DNA of 64,000 nucleotides from Mantamonas sphyraenae STR306 (GCA_026936335.1 JAPMXV010000058.1:299226-363225); one strand, 5' to 3'. Shown: positions 10,445 to 23,866, counted from the first letter of the stretch. Notes: a model not told the origin generated them from the letters alone. A program made the numbers and translations.

Positions 10445-11952
10445 TCAACTGCAGCATTTGTTGCGATTGGCCCCCATCCCCTGGTTCAGCGACCCAATTG
10501 TCTCCTGTTCATCGGAGGCGCTGACTTTTTGGCTTTTGAAGAGGGCAGACTCGAAGGAAACGGCAGCGACGCGGTCGAACAGCTCCACGACTTTGTCGTC
10601 TGAGGCCGCAGAGTCAGTTTTTGGCGGTTGTGCGTGTGAGGGCAAAATGGGAACAACACGGCAAATGTACGTACTGGTTTTGCTGGACACTTCCCAGTAC
10701 TCGGCGTTGAGCTCCTGGGCGAGGTTTTCGCCTTCGTCGAAATCGACAGCGTGCTGCGCGGGGATCCCAACTCCGGGTTAGCGTGGTGTGGTGAGGGGCA
10801 ACGGGCTGGGGAGGGGGGAGAGGGCACATGCTGGATGCAACGCACAAACATGTCGGACTTGAGGCCGACGAGAAAGAGGTTGAACGAGCCCTCGTCGGTT
10901 TCGCTGACGACCTCTTTGAGCCAGGCCTTGGTGTCCTCAAAGCTGTTGCGGTTTCCCTGCGAGGGGGGGGGGGGAAGATGGGCAGAGCCACAGGAAAGAG
11001 TACGTGAAGTAGAGGAGAGGTTGTGAGCTGGGCTGTGTGTGTGTGTGGTGTGGAAAGAGTGTGAAGTGGTCGGTGCGGAGGCGTGTGAAACGTACAAGAT
11101 CAAAGGCAAGGAGGACGCTGATTGCACCGCGGTAGTAAGCGCGGCTGATGGCCTTGAACTTGTCCTGACCGGCTGTATCCCAGCTGTTTGGATGGGGGAT
11201 GTGAGGACGTGTGTGGGGAGGAAGGCGGGCGGTGGTGAGCGTGTGCACAGAGATGGGAATTCGCCGAGGGTGTGAGCGCGGAATGAAGACGGCGGAGATC
11301 CGCTCGGCGAGAACAGGGGTGGTAAGGACGCGGGAGGGGTCGGCGGGATGCAAGTCTGCGCTGGGGCGGGCACATTGGACACACGTACACGTGGAGCATG
11401 AAAGCCGTGTCCAGGACGGTGTATTTTCTGTACATAAAGTCGACGCCGATGGTCGCCTGGAAGTGGTGGGCGGGAGGGTCAGCCGCCGAGTTTGCGTGTT
11501 CGTGGACAAAGGCGACAGTCGAGCGCACCCTGCGCGCCGCAGAAGCAGCCGGAGACAAGAAGAAACACAGCACAGGCTTCCTGAAACCACTTACCTTGTA
11601 GCCATCCGAGTACGAGCCTTCCGTAATGCGTCGCTGTGGAATGGAGGCGGGTAGTGTGAGCGGCAAGTTGGCGGGCAATCGCCGAGGGGCAACAAGGGTC
11701 ACGCAGGTCTGAGTGTCCTTGTGTGTGTGTGGGTCGAGAGTCGGGATGTGTACGTACCACTAGACTGGTCTTCCCCGTGGCATGGGTCCCGACGAGAATG
11801 ACCTTGGCAGCCATCTTTTCCGAAACGCTACCCGAAACGGCGTTGCACCACTTTTCGACGCCCGGATCAAAGGAGGATTGGCCACCGCGGATGGGAGCAC
11901 CCGCACCGGCCTTGGGATACTTGGTGATGTCGCGCGCAGTCTGCTCCGCCAT
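10445..11952 (-). CDS. Rab34/Rab36-like small GTPase (multi-exon)
   Basis: Exons give KVILVGTHATGKTSL, ATIGVDF, WDTAGQDKFK, FLVGLKSD, EYWEVSSKT, LFDRVAAVSFE and a C-terminal CCS. The N-terminal extension is typical of Rab34/36. Confidence 0.85.
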
Positions 11953-12099
11953 GGCGGTGCTTGTGTGCGACATGCAGTGAGTGAGCAAGACGCGAGGCCG
12001 AAAGGAGTGGAGTTGGGTGTGCATGGGCACCTGCTTTGCATGCATTGCATTTTGCATGTTGAAATGGAGTGAACACAGACATGTGGAACATGCGACGGG

Positions 12100-13209
12100 T
12101 CACAGAAGCTGTTCGACATCGTCGCCGAGGCGGCGTAGGAGGACGTAGGCATCGCTGCCAAAGCCGTCGACACTGAGAAACTGTAGGTCGCCCGAGAAGT
12201 ACTTGCAGTAGAGGCGTGCGAGTGGGAGGCCGACGCCGTAGCCACCCATGGGCACGCTGAGGCCGTCTCCCGGGTCGACGACACTGGTGATGAGAGGCGC
12301 CGAGGTTGTGAACAGGTAGGAAAAGATTTGGTCGACCTCGGTGCGGCTCATGCCGCCACCCTCGTCGCAGACCTTGATGGTGACGTCTTCGGTGCCTCGT
12401 GCAATGATGACCTTGACGTCGGGGAGGGTGGTTTCGCTCTGGTGCTCTTCGATGGTTGCACGGAGGGAGTTTTTGATGAGTTCAAAGAGTATGTAGTGGA
12501 TGTGGGAGTCGACGTAGGGAAAGGTGAGGTCCATGTCGCCCATCACCTTGACCTGGGGCACCGAGTCGTAGCGGCGGACGGCGAGGGAGCGGGCGCTGGT
12601 CGCGGCGTCCTTGGCCACCTTGGACGGATTGCAGAAGCGGTTGATGATACCCACGGTGTCCGAGTCGGACGAGTCGCTGTGCATTTGATAGATGAGGGAG
12701 ATCTGCTGCTGGAGGAGCATGCGCAGGCCGATACGCTGGAGGAAAAAGTTGTCCAGGTAGTCGTTGATTTCTGGACTATGGTACAGCTGTTCGCTTTCGC
12801 CGAGAGTCTTTTTCAGCTCATACACACCCTGGGCCATGGTGACGACGGTGTCTGTGTGTCTGCGCTTGATGTCGTCGCACAGGATGCTAAAGGGCTCGAT
12901 GTCCTCAAAGGTCTCTGGCGGCTGGACCTCGGTGACTTGTTTGAATGAGAGGAGGTACTGGTCGCGCGTACGCATGACACTGGACATGTTGGCCAAGCCG
13001 GACGGGGCATTGGAGAGCCATTTGACGGCCTCGGCAAGGCGTACGGGCAGTTCCTGGTGCAGGAACTGGGAAGTGCGCATCACGGCCTCTTTGTCTGCGT
13101 TCCGGCCGACGGCAATCATCTGCTTCAGCGACACCAGGGTGGGCGACTTGCTGCTGTATAACTCCAGGGACTTGTATAGCTTGTCATTCCAAACGCGAGG
13201 ACGATACAT
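12100..13209 (-). CDS. PDK: Mitochondrial pyruvate/branched-chain ketoacid dehydrogenase kinase
   Basis: FLHQELPVRLA, RIGLRML, ELIKNSLRAT (N box), DEGGG, FSYLFTT, GYGVGLPLARLY. Confidence 0.92.
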   Translation of the reverse strand: MYRPRVWNDKLYKSLELYSSKSPTLVSLKQMIAVGRNADKEAVMRTSQFLHQELPVRLAEAVKWLSNAPSGLANMSSVMRTRDQYLLSFKQVTEVQPPETFEDIEPFSILCDDIKRRHTDTVVTMAQGVYELKKTLGESEQLYHSPEINDYLDNFFLQRIGLRMLLQQQISLIYQMHSDSSDSDTVGIINRFCNPSKVAKDAATSARSLAVRRYDSVPQVKVMGDMDLTFPYVDSHIHYILFELIKNSLRATIEEHQSETTLPDVKVIIARGTEDVTIKVCDEGGGMSRTEVDQIFSYLFTTSAPLITSVVDPGDGLSVPMGGYGVGLPLARLYCKYFSGDLQFLSVDGFGSDAYVLLRRLGDDVEQLL

Positions 13210-13375
13210 GGTGCGTGGTTGCGGTTCGTGCTGGACGCGTCCGCGCTGCTGCCACCAGTCCAGAACCGTTTCCAGTTGTTCTCTGTGTCCGCCCGAAACC
13301 GTGCCCGACACACCAGCTGGTTGACTACGCGTGCACGGCGACCCAGAAAAAGACAAAGAGAGGAACGGGAGGAGT

Positions 13376-16343
13376 ATGAGCAGCAGCAAGAGCAAGGGTA
13401 GCCAGAGCGGCTCGTCGGTGCGAGTCATTTGCAGGTTTCGACCGCAGAACAAGCTGGAGCTTGCTCAGAGCGGACAAGAGAGTGTGGAGTTTGGTGAAGA
13501 CAACCAGTCGTTGGTGTTGCGCATGGCCAATGGCAAGGACAAACACTCGTTCACGTTTGACAGGGTGTTCCCGCCCGGAACGCAGCAACAAGACATGTAC
13601 GACGCTGCAGCGCGGCCGATTGTGGATGGTAGGTGATGCGTGTGGGAGGTGAGCGGCGAAAGCGTGGGAGTGGTGTGTGCAGGCGCAGGGCAACACGTGG
13701 ACACAGATGCGGGTGTGAGAACGGGAGGGACGGGGGGCAGGTCGGCGGTGCAATTTTGGGAGGGCCTCGCTGACGCACAGGAGGACGCTGGACACAGATG
13801 TGTTGTCGGGATACAACGGCACTGTGTTTGCGTACGGCCAGACGGGCTCGGGCAAGACATACACGATGCAGGGACCGTCGGCAGAGGATCCGGAAACCAA
13901 GGGGATCATCCCGCGGATGATTGGGCACATCTTTGACGCAATCGACGACGCGGACCCAAACCTAGAGTTCCATTTGAAGGTATCCTATGTGGAGATCTAC
14001 ATGGAAAAGATCCGGGACTTGTTGAACACCAAGTCGACAAACCTGAAAGTGCGTGAAGAAAAGGGACGCGGCATCTGGATTGAAGGCTGCATTGAGCGGT
14101 TCATGGAGTCGCCGCAGGATGTGCTGGACGTCATGGACGAAGGGGCAAACAATAGGAGCATTGCAGCGACGCGGATGAACATGGATAGCTCGCGGTCGCA
14201 CGCGATCTTCATCCTGACGGTGGGGGTCAAGAATCTGGAGAGCGGCACGACCAAGAATGGCAAGTTGTACCTAGTGGATCTGGCAGGTTCGGAAAAGGTG
14301 GGCAAGACCAAGGCGAGCGGGACGACGCTGGAGGAGGCCAAAATGATCAACAAGAGCCTGAGCGCACTGGGCAACGTGATCAACTCGCTGACGGACGGGA
14401 AGTCCATGCACGTGCCGTACCGAGACTCAAAGTTGACGCGTGTGTTGCAAGAGAGCCTTGGAGGCAACGCACGGACGGCCATGATTATCAACTGCTCGCC
14501 GAGCACGTACAACGTGGAAGAGACGCTGAGCACGCTGCGGTTTGGCAGCCGTGCAAAGAACATCAAGAACAACGCCAAGGTGAACAAGGTGTATAGTGTG
14601 CGCGAGCTGACGGCACTGTTAAAGGCGGCGAACGAGGAGCTTGAACGCAAGGAGGCGACCATTGCGCAGCTAGAGGCAAGCCTGAGCGTCGTTGGTGGCA
14701 TAGGGCGCGTTGCAAGCGTGAAAGGAGACGGGCAGGGAGAAGGAGAGGGAGAAGGAGAGGAGGGAAAAGAAGATGGGGAGGACGGAGAGGAAGGAGAGGG
14801 CAAGCGGCTCGTGGACATGCAGGAGCTGGAGGAGCTGAGAAAACGGTACGTAGAGCTGGAGAAGAAGTACATGGAGAGTGACGAGGAGAGGAATGAGGTG
14901 TTTAGCAAGATGGAAGAGCTGCTGGAGGAGCTGGAGGAGAAGAACGCGGAAGTGGACGAGCTGATGGACTCGCTGGCGGCAAGCGAAGCAGAGATGAATG
15001 CGTACCAAGAGGTGGCAGAGGAGTCGCGGCAGGAGATGGACCAGCTTCTGGAGACGATGGGGGAGGTGAAATTTGCACAGGAAAAGGCGAGTTTTGAGCG
15101 AGACGATGCGCTGCTGTCGCTGGGGGACGCGCGTGCGGAGATCGAGGCGCTGAAGGAGGAACTGGAGGACGTGCGTGCACAGGTGAAGCTTGAACGTGCA
15201 GGGCAGGATGGGGTGGATCACGTGGCACGAGCGATGGAGGAACACAGCTCCAGGTTTGCGGAAGTGATGGACGAGGTGACGGAGAGTCCGTTGCGTGTGG
15301 GCAGCGGGACAGGGAAGCAAAAAGCGCAGGGGAAGGGGGATGTGGAGGCCAAAAAGCCCAAGGAGCAGTCGTCGGGAGCGGATGCGGGAACGGGGTCAAG
15401 TTCGGGTGGGGGGTTGAAGATGATCCAGCCGGTGGCGTTTACGATGGTGGAGGAGACGGATGAGACAGAGGAAGTGAATGTGGTGGAGGTGGGCGGGGTT
15501 GGGGACACGTCGAGTGAGGATGAGGTGGAGGATGAGGAGGAGGACGAGACAGACGCAGAGACGATTCACGTGGCGCCGCAAATGGTGGACACGAAGGAGC
15601 TGAAGGAGCTGCGCGCACGTGTGGCCGAACTTGAGAGGGAGAGGAGTACGTTTGAAGAGGCAGTGCGCGCGGAGGCGAGGAAAGAGAGGAAGAAGTTGCA
15701 GGAAAAGGCGGCGCGTGAGCTGGAGGAGTTTGCGTCGTTCAAAAAGGCATTGCTGGCAGATCTGGAGAACCGATGCGAAAAGGTGATTGAGTTGCAGCAG
15801 ACGGTGGAAGAGTCGGAGGAACGGTACAACGAGCTGGTGCGCAAGGGGATGGGAGACGCTTTCCTGAAGCGACACAAGGCGATGGAGCGGGAGATGCAGC
15901 AGACGAGCATGATGCACCAACGCATCCTGAACCAGACGGAAGCTCTCCGCAAGGAGAATGCACTGAACAAGAAGAAGATTGCGACACGGGAAGCACGGAT
16001 TGCAAGCCTGGAAGGGTTGGAGATCCAGGTGCGGGATCTGACGAGCAAGCTTCGGGAGGAGCGTGCTGCGCATGCGGCGAAAGTGGAGAAGCTGGAGGCT
16101 CGTGTGCAAAAACTGGAACAGACTGCAGGACGGGAAGAGGGTGTTGGACTGCGCGGACGTGGCCTTCGTGGCGGAGGACGCAGCAACAGCGGGCGGGATT
16201 TCATGCGTGCAGGGTCGACGGGCAGTGGCAGTGGAGGGGCGGAGGCAGGTGCGTCATCGTCGTCGAGCGGTCAGGCGGCAGCAGGAGAGAGCGAAGGCAA
16301 GAGGGAGCGATCGGGGTCGATTTGGAATTTCTGGAATGGATGA
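13376..16343 (+). CDS. Kinesin-1 heavy chain-like motor (intron 13629-13797)
   Basis: [40 protein letters not shown]; coiled-coil stalk; [15 protein letters not shown] tail motif. Confidence 0.93.
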
Positions 16344-16356
16344 AGCGAGGTTTTGC

Positions 16357-16857
16357 TCAGTATGGCTTCCGACGCTGGAAGTGGGGCATTTTGTAGGTAT
16401 GGGGCATGTACACGCCGCGGGCTCGCTTGATGGCCCGGGCAAGCTCGCGCTGCTTCTTGGCAGAGACGCCTGAGAGGCGGCGAGGGATGATCTTGCCTGG
16501 GGAAGGGTTGGAGGGAGCGGTAGGTGAGCATGTGCACGGTGTGGTGAGGGGATGAGGGAAGGGGACGGAGGGGGAAACCGTTTTCGGGGGCTGGTTGAGG
16601 AGAAAAGACGACGTACCGGACTCGGAGACAAACTTGCTGAGGAGGAGGACGTTCTTGTGGGTGATCTCCGGGGTGCCTGGCTGGCTGAGGGGACATTCCT
16701 TGCGGCGATTGCCGAGGAAAAAGGGCTTGGCCTTGGAAGAGTACGGGTTGAGGTCTTGCGGGTCGTAGAACTGGCCCGGATAGAACATACGGGAAGGATT
16801 GGCGCGAGGGAGGGCAGTGGCCGGGTTGAAATTGCGGCGGCTGTTGCTGTTGCTGTT

Positions 16858-16889
<32 letters not shown>

Positions 16890-17273
16890 GGTTGTTGTTG
16901 CGATTCTGGGAGTAGTTGTTGCGGTTGTTGTTTGCATTGCGGTTGTTGCCGCCGTGGGGCCCCGAAGAGGCGCGGCGGTTGCCGGACCCGGAGCCCTTGC
17001 CGCCTGCGGACGGTTCCTTTGGAGGCGGGACGGTGTTGAAGTTGTCCTCAGAGACGGCAAAGATGTTGTGGGAGGGTGTGGAGGAGGAGGAGGAGGAGGA
17101 GGAGTCATTGTCGTCGAGGAGGGCAGTGCGGGCAAGGGCTGGAAACATGCGTGAGCGTGAGCGGGGCGGCAAAACGGGGGCGAGGCAACAAAGAACATAC
17201 TGCTAAAGGCATCTACTCGCTGGACCACGGCAGCGGAAGAGGTGCCCACGATGCGATGAGTGCGTGTGAACAT
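16357..17273 (-). CDS. Mitochondrial ribosomal protein bS18-like (spliced)
   Basis: ITHKNVLLLSKFVSESG joined across an intron to KIIPRRLSGVSAKKQRELARAIKRAR; Asn-rich low-complexity region upstream. Confidence 0.85.
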
Positions 17274-17304
17274 GGGGGACGGGTCTGGATGTGGTTGCGC
17301 TGGT

Positions 17305-20228
17305 TCATTGAGCGGCGTCACGCTGGGCAAGGACAAGGGTGAGAGCATCGACCCATTGATCTCGCGCTTGCTGGTCTGCAGGCACAGTCTGGAGATCAAG
17401 AGAGCGGGAGTTGGCCACAATGCTGAAGCAGGCGTCCGGGACCATCTGTGACATGGACTTGCGCTTCTGACTGCGCAGAACCTCGCTGCTGTTGCCCTTG
17501 CTGAGGTACTTGACCTCTGCGATGTGGATGCTCTCGCACTTGCCTTTCTGGGCGTCTTCTTCGGTTTTGGCCCAGCAGATAGCGTTGAGGCCTTCGTCGA
17601 CCCAAATGTAGCGGTTGTGGGGCATGCCCTTGCGGCCAAACTTGAGAAAGGTGGCGCCACCATGCACCAGATTCTGTGCAGCTGTGAGAGCGTCCTCGTC
17701 GTGATCGTCTCCGGTGGTGTCTGTGTCGATCGTGACAACGGTTTCGCTCACAGCGTCTTCCTGCGCCGGTTCCTCGGCCTTGTCAGCCTCGTCAGCCTCT
17801 TCATCTTCCTCGTCCTCTTCGTCTTCTTCCTCTTCTTCGTCTCCGTCCTCATTGGGAAGCGTGGTCTGGAGGGTTTTGCGAGCTTTGAAGCCACGGAAGC
17901 GGGATTGGATTGCGGTAGCTGCTTGCTCCTGTTCCTTGAGCTCCTGGCGTGCCTTGCGCCCTCGCAGGTTGGCTTGGATCTTGGTGGCGGCCTGCTCCTG
18001 TTCCTTGAGCTCTTTGCGTGCTTTCTTGCCGCGAAAGGTGGCCTGGATCTTGGCCGCAGCCTGGTTTTGTTCCTCGGTGTCATCCTCCTCTTCGGGAACG
18101 TCCACAGCAACCTGATCGGACGATTGGAGGGTTTTGCGAGCTTTGAAGCCACGGAAGCGGGATTGGATTGCGGTAGCTGCTTGCTCCTGTTCCTTGAGCT
18201 CCTGGCGTGCCTTGCGCCCTCGCAGGTTGGCTTGGATCTTGGTGGCGGCCTGCTCCTGTTCCTTGAGCTCTTTGCGTGCTTTCTTGCCGCGCGAAGGTGG
18301 CCTGGATCTTGGCCGCAGCCTGGTTTTGTTCCTCGGTGTCATCCTCCTCTTCGGGAACGTCCACAGCAACCTGATCGGACGATTGGAGGGTTTTGCGAGC
18401 TTTGAAGCCGCGGAAGCGGGATTGGATAGCGGTGGCGGCTTGTTCTTGTTCCTTGAGCTCCTGGCGTGCCTTGCGCCCTCGCAGGTTGGCTTGGATCTTG
18501 GTGGCGGCCTGCTCCTGTTCCTTGAGCTCTTTGCGTGCTTGCTTGCCGCGGAAGGTGGCCTGGATCTTGGCAGCAGCCTGGTTTTGTTCCTCGGTGTCCT
18601 CTTCCTCTTGCTGATCTTGCTGCGTCTCTTGCTCCTCCTCAGAGGACTGAACAGGCACCTGGGGCAGCATGGAAGGTGGCCTGCCCAGGTTTTTGATGCG
18701 TGCGCTCTCTTCGGGGTCCTCGTCGTCTTGCGCGGGTTGGTCATCCTCGTCGCCGATGACTACGATGACGTCCTTGTGCTCCTCCCCGTCATCGTCATCA
18801 TCATCGTCGTCGTCGTCGTTGTCGTCTTGGCCTTTGTCTTTGTCGACGTTGTCACTGCTGTCCTCAGGCTGTGGCTCGGGCTCACCCTCGGTTTCCCCTT
18901 CCTGTGCCTCGTCCTCCTCCAGCTTGCCTGTGCGCTCTGCTGCAGCTTCGACTTGGTTGATCTTGTCGATTTCGGATGTGTTTGCGCTGCCGAGAGACTC
19001 TTTGAGGAGGGTGCTCTTGCTGCGGCTGACGAGGTCTGCAGTCTTGAGCTGGGAGGCGGTGCGTGCGAGGGGGTTCTCAGTTAGGGAGCCAGACTCATGG
19101 ACCTTGTTGATATTGCTGCGCATAAAGTTTTCCCAGCGGTTCATCTGCAGGTCGTCCTTGAACTGCACAAAGTGGCTCTGTTTGTCAAAAGTGACGATTT
19201 CGAGCGTGTACTCGCGCAGGTCGCTGGGCCACATGGTGGCACCTGCAAGGAAAATCTGACCGGCTGGCTTCTCGCCGCCCTCTTTGCGCTTGTAGTAGTA
19301 AAGGCGAATGCCCTTGAGGACGTGCCAGCGTTGCGTCCAGTTTTTGCGCGCTTGTGGCCTCGTTTGGTCAGGAAACCCTCCAGGTCTGGTTCGCGGATTT
19401 CACGCAGGAGGGGCTGCGTGCAATGCAGAAAAGGATGTGTGAGTGCACAGGAGACAGGGGAAGATCCGCCATGCGAGAGAGGGGAAGGGAGTGCTTGGCT
19501 GCGCGGGGCCGAACCGTGTTCGGAGAAAAGTCCATCCACGGGATTGTGTGTGCTGAAACAAGCGGCCGGCGGCGTAGGGAGGATCGCAAAAGGGGCTGGC
19601 TTACGTTTTCTGGGGTGTCATCCTCTGCGTGAAGGCGTACCATGCGCTTCATGGCGGTCATCCACTCGTCCCGCTCCTTGTCGGAGGAGGCCTCCAGGAG
19701 GTAGGACACCTCCTTTCCGCTTACGGAGAAGCAGGCGCCTTCGCGATCGGTCTTGGCCTTGGCAATGACAGTGCCACGCAGCAGGGGAAACTTGCCCAGT
19801 GCCTTGCCCGCCTGGATGGTAGTGAGGCGCAGAATGTGATTTGGAGCGAGTGAGGGCCAGGGTAAGCAGGGAGAAGGGAAGTGCGGCAAGGCCGTATCGA
19901 ATCAGGTCTCCAACGCCTTTGCGGGGTGGCATGCGAGACTCTGACAGACGCACAAACATACATTGGGGCTCTCAAAGTAAAAGACGGCATAACCATACGA
20001 GGTGACGGCTGGGAGGATTTTAAACCAGCGTCTCTTCCAGTTTTTGCGGACGTGACCTGTGGGAGGGTGACCATGAGGGCCAGTGTGAAGTGTGGGTGTG
20101 TGAGTGGTGTGGGAGGGAAAGGTGTGGGACGCGTTTGGGGACGGGGTGGCAGGCTGGGAGAGAGGCGGACCTTGCTTCCACAAATAGCCCTCCTTCAGCA
20201 CATCCAAGGATCCCGATGAGGTGGACAT
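17305..20228 (-). CDS. Triple-PH-domain protein with about 9 IQ calmodulin-binding motifs (multi-exon)
   Basis: KEGYLWKQG..KNWKRRWF, LEGFLTKRG..NWTQRW and a C-terminal PH (FLKFGRKG..RSLDLQ..RDQWVDAL). Repeated AAKIQATFRG / ATKIQANLRG / ATAIQSRFRG. Confidence 0.85.
17867..18600 (-). repeat. 258-bp coding tandem repeat, about 3 copies (3 IQ motifs per unit)
   Basis: TGGAGGGTTTTGCGAGCTTTGAAGCC recurs at 17867, 18125 and 18384; one unit carries an extra base near 18290. Confidence 0.9.
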
Positions 20229-20256
20229 GGTCTATATTTAGTGGGGGTTGGCAAGT

Positions 20257-21540
20257 TCACAACTCAGGGTCAAACTTGTGGTGGCCCGGGTTGCGCTCGA
20301 GCTGCTTCTGCTTGCGTTTGCTGGCGGCTTCAAGCTTGGCACGTTTGGCCATCAGCATTTGCATCTTTGTCATTTTGGGTTGCGATGGAGGCTGTTGTGG
20401 CGGTTGTGATGGTTGTTGTTCTGGCTGGTGCGGTTGCTCTGGCTGAGCAGGTTCCGTGGGCGCCGTGTGCCCTGGCCCCGGTGTGGGTGATGTGGAGGGA
20501 GATGCGGTGGGGGAGGCTGATGGGGAGGCTGATGGGGATGTGGATGGGGGTGAGGATGAGGATGAGGACGAGGAAGAGGATGTTGTGGTTGTGGTTGTGG
20601 TTGTGGTTGTGGTTGTGGTTGTGGTTGTGGTTTTGGGACTTGTGGGCGGGTCCTGCACCGACTGCTGCGACTGCTGCTGCTGCTGCTGCTGCTTGCGGAG
20701 CTGGTTTCGTTCCCAGGCTGGCATGAGGAACAACTGAAGCTCTGTTAGTCGTTTCTCTTCACTTTCCATGGTTTGCAGCTTACGCTGCAGCGTGACAAGC
20801 TGTTGTGCAGAGTCGGCGGTGGACACGGCCGAAACATAGGCGTCGAGGTCATCCTCTTGCTGTACAGTCGAGCTGGAGCTGCTGTTTGCAACACTCTGTA
20901 ACTCCTTTATCCTGGCGCGGACATGCGCGAGCTCGCGCTGCAGATCGGCGAGCTGGGTGTCAAGATCGGAGCGATCCTGCGGGCCACGCTTGCGCTTTTT
21001 GGACTCGTCGCGAAGCTCCCAGTCGTCGTCGTCGGCCTGATGGAAACCATGCTTGTCTTCTTCCTCCTCAATGGCGCGGAGTTCATCCAGCTTGCGCTTG
21101 AGGGAGGTGGCCTGTTCAGCGCGGACGGCCATCTTGGCCTGAATCTGCTGTTCTGCCTCCTGCTCGGTGGCGTCACGCAACTCTTGAGGCCCATCGAGGA
21201 GAAAGGAGCGGCTGCCAGCTCCAAAGCGGATCTGGTCGCCGACACGGACGCGGACAAAGACGCGTGCGTCGACGGCCTTCTTGTTGAGCTGTGTGCCGTG
21301 GGTGGAGCCCAGGTCAAACAGGTACATGCAACCATTGGAGTGATGTTGGAGAACGGCGTGGAAGCGTGACACAGAGGCGTGCGGATAGGGAATGTCCGCG
21401 TCGTCGACACGGCCCACTGTCCAAAAGGTCTTTGCGTCGCCAGCCAAGGGCAGCGAGTCCACTTCGACCCCGTTTCGGAGCACAACGAGAGCGTACGCGT
21501 GCTGTGGAGGAGCCGCCCAGTCTGGTTCGGTGTATCTCAT
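20257..21540 (-). CDS. FHA-domain protein, kanadaptin/SLC4A1AP-like
   Basis: YTEPDW, VGR...HASVSRFHAVLQ, DLGSTHGTQLN, GDQIRFG, EDDLDAY; Thr/Ser/Gln tracts. Confidence 0.8.
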   Translation of the reverse strand: MRYTEPDWAAPPQHAYALVVLRNGVEVDSLPLAGDAKTFWTVGRVDDADIPYPHASVSRFHAVLQHHSNGCMYLFDLGSTHGTQLNKKAVDARVFVRVRVGDQIRFGAGSRSFLLDGPQELRDATEQEAEQQIQAKMAVRAEQATSLKRKLDELRAIEEEEDKHGFHQADDDDWELRDESKKRKRGPQDRSDLDTQLADLQRELAHVRARIKELQSVANSSSSSTVQQEDDLDAYVSAVSTADSAQQLVTLQRKLQTMESEEKRLTELQLFLMPAWERNQLRKQQQQQQQSQQSVQDPPTSPKTTTTTTTTTTTTTTTTTSSSSSSSSSSPPSTSPSASPSASPTASPSTSPTPGPGHTAPTEPAQPEQPHQPEQQPSQPPQQPPSQPKMTKMQMLMAKRAKLEAASKRKQKQLERNPGHHKFDPEL

Positions 21541-21599
21541 TTGCGTGGGGGCGGTGGCGACAGCGGACGCAACCTGAACCACGCACTTCCTCGCAAACG

Positions 21600-23866
21600 A
21601 TGGCGAAATTGTCGCTGGCTCGTATGCCCAGCTCACCCTCTCTGCAACTTACGTTTGCCTTTCTGCTCCTGGGCTCCGTTTTCCTCAGTGTGCCCTTTCT
21701 GCTTCCGGAACTGAACCCGAACGCGGCGTAAGTTCTTGATTGTTCGAACGAGAGGGCGTGTGTTGGGCGAGGGCAGATGGAAGGGAAGGAGAGTCCCATG
21801 CACACGGTTATGCTCACCCGCCGCATGGTATGCCCTATGCCTGTGTCCCATCCCCTTGCAGCCAGAGTGTGGCCGAGTCTGCGTTCCGCTTCCAGCTGGA
21901 GGACCCTGTGAACACGGGGCTGTTCAAGAGTTCCTCGCGCGTTGGCCAGACGACACCGTCTTTGGGTAAGTGGGCGATGGTGTGGCTTGGACACAGGGCC
22001 ACAGGCGTGCCACCCAGTCTAGATGATGGCATGGCTGCGCCCGTGACGTGGATCATGACGATGCCAGCGTGTGCAAGCGGCGGCCCTGTGCAACATGCAC
22101 GCTTTGCGAAAACGAGGCGAGACGACTGACGCGCCACTCGGTTTTCCCGCCGTGACACACAGCCGCTTCGTATTACGGCGCCTCGGCCCTGGCTGCAGGC
22201 GGTCTGGACCTGCTGCACAAGGCTGAGCTGATTGCGTATGCTGAGGCCAAGCTTGCCAGCACGCGCAACGTGCAGGACATCCACTACGCGGTTGCCCTCT
22301 ACAAAGCTGCAGGCGGCGACGTCTCGGCCCAGTTTGCTGCCCGCAACTACGATCTGCTCATGTCTGTACGTTGTCCAGCCTGCACACAGACGCAGCACTC
22401 ACCCACCGTTGGCGCGTGGCTGTGACATGCGTCGGTGGTGTGCGGGTTTGGGTCCACACACAAAAAAAGGGACGGTGAAAGAGCAAAGTTGCCACGTGTC
22501 ACAAGAAACTCACACGCACGCGTGCACACGGCTTGCCACACAGCTTCTGGAGTCGAACGCAGGTTTCCGTGCTAGCGACGAGCGCTCTGCGTCGGTGACG
22601 GCGACGTTCCATGGCCTGCAGGCGCTGAAGGCGCTGGGCAAGCTGGACACATTCAAGCAGAAGCAGGGCGACGACTTTAACGCCCTGATCACGTTTGTGG
22701 CCAACCTGCGTGACGGCGAGGGAGGATTCCGCGACACTGCGGATGAGGAGCGTTCTGTGCATGCTACGTACCACGCAGTGCGCACGCTGGCGGAGTTCAA
22801 GAGTGATCTGGACGCCACGGTGCGCGACGAGGCCTTTACGTACCTGACACAGTTCCTGGCGTACTGCCAGGTGCAGGACGGCGGCTTTGTGGACACGCAG
22901 GTGCGTGACAGCGATGACTTCCGCTACACACAGGGCTCCACGGTGGCCACGGCCCAGGGGCTGTACATCATGGAGGTGGAGAAGCAGTTCAGCAAGGGCG
23001 TGGTGCTGTCGAGCTCGCGCATCATCTACCAGTCGGCCTACACGTACCTGCTGGCCAACGTCAAGGCCTCGGGCGTGTCTGCAAACGCGATGGCCAAGTA
23101 CGCGGACGCGGCAGCCACCGCGGCCGTGCTGGATCTTGTGTCGGCCCACGGCGTGTCTGTGGGCAAGCAGCCGCTGATCGGCAACACCGTGCAGGGGTTG
23201 GGCATGATTCTGCTCGTCCTGGGCTTCTACTACTTCTACCACGGCCAGCTTCCCGAGGCAGCGCCGGGCAACGACATCATGTCGACGCTGGGCAACTACG
23301 TGGTGGCTCTGGTCATCCCATACGGTCTGTCTCTGTTCCTGCCTCAGGGTGCCGCGTTTGGCGTGGTCTTTCTGGCTTGCCGTGCTGCGTACGACCTGTA
23401 CAACCGCAGCGACGAAAACCGCCTGGTTGTGGGTCTGAGCTATTCCACGCTGCATGTCGTGGTCATGGTCACGCTCTTTATGATGCGTCCCAACCTGATG
23501 ATGACGCGCGACGGCTACCTGCTGCTGCTGATTGTGGACATACTGACGACGGTTGTGCTTGCGTTTGCCCTGCCGACCATGCTGGACGCTCGCCTGACGG
23601 TCGACCAGGCTCTCGACGCTGGCCTGCTCTCTTGGCTCACCAACTGCATCATGGCCATTGTGCTTGTCAGCAACCGCGGCGAGCTTGACCAGGTCGTGCG
23701 CATGGCCACCGTCCACGAGACTGTCGGCCAGGTGTTTGTCTTTATCCCGCTCGCCTCGCTCGTTGCCCTCATGGGTATGAGTGCCATTGGTGCCGCCTTG
23801 GCTGGTCTGGCAGAGTCCAAGCAGTCCATTGCCGCCCAGCGTGCCATGAACGCACGCGCAGACTAG
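21600..23866 (+). CDS. Multi-pass membrane protein with prenyltransferase-beta/ribophorin-II-like alpha-toroid repeats (multi-exon)
   Basis: Repeats GF...SVxATF/YHA and DGGF...STVATAQG; N-terminal hydrophobic segment; about 7-8 C-terminal TM helices. Confidence 0.55.

Noticed and set aside
18280-18300. Frameshifts in the PH/IQ gene (also near 19345)
   Set aside because: Single-base differences in a tandem-repeat copy or homopolymer; probably consensus errors.
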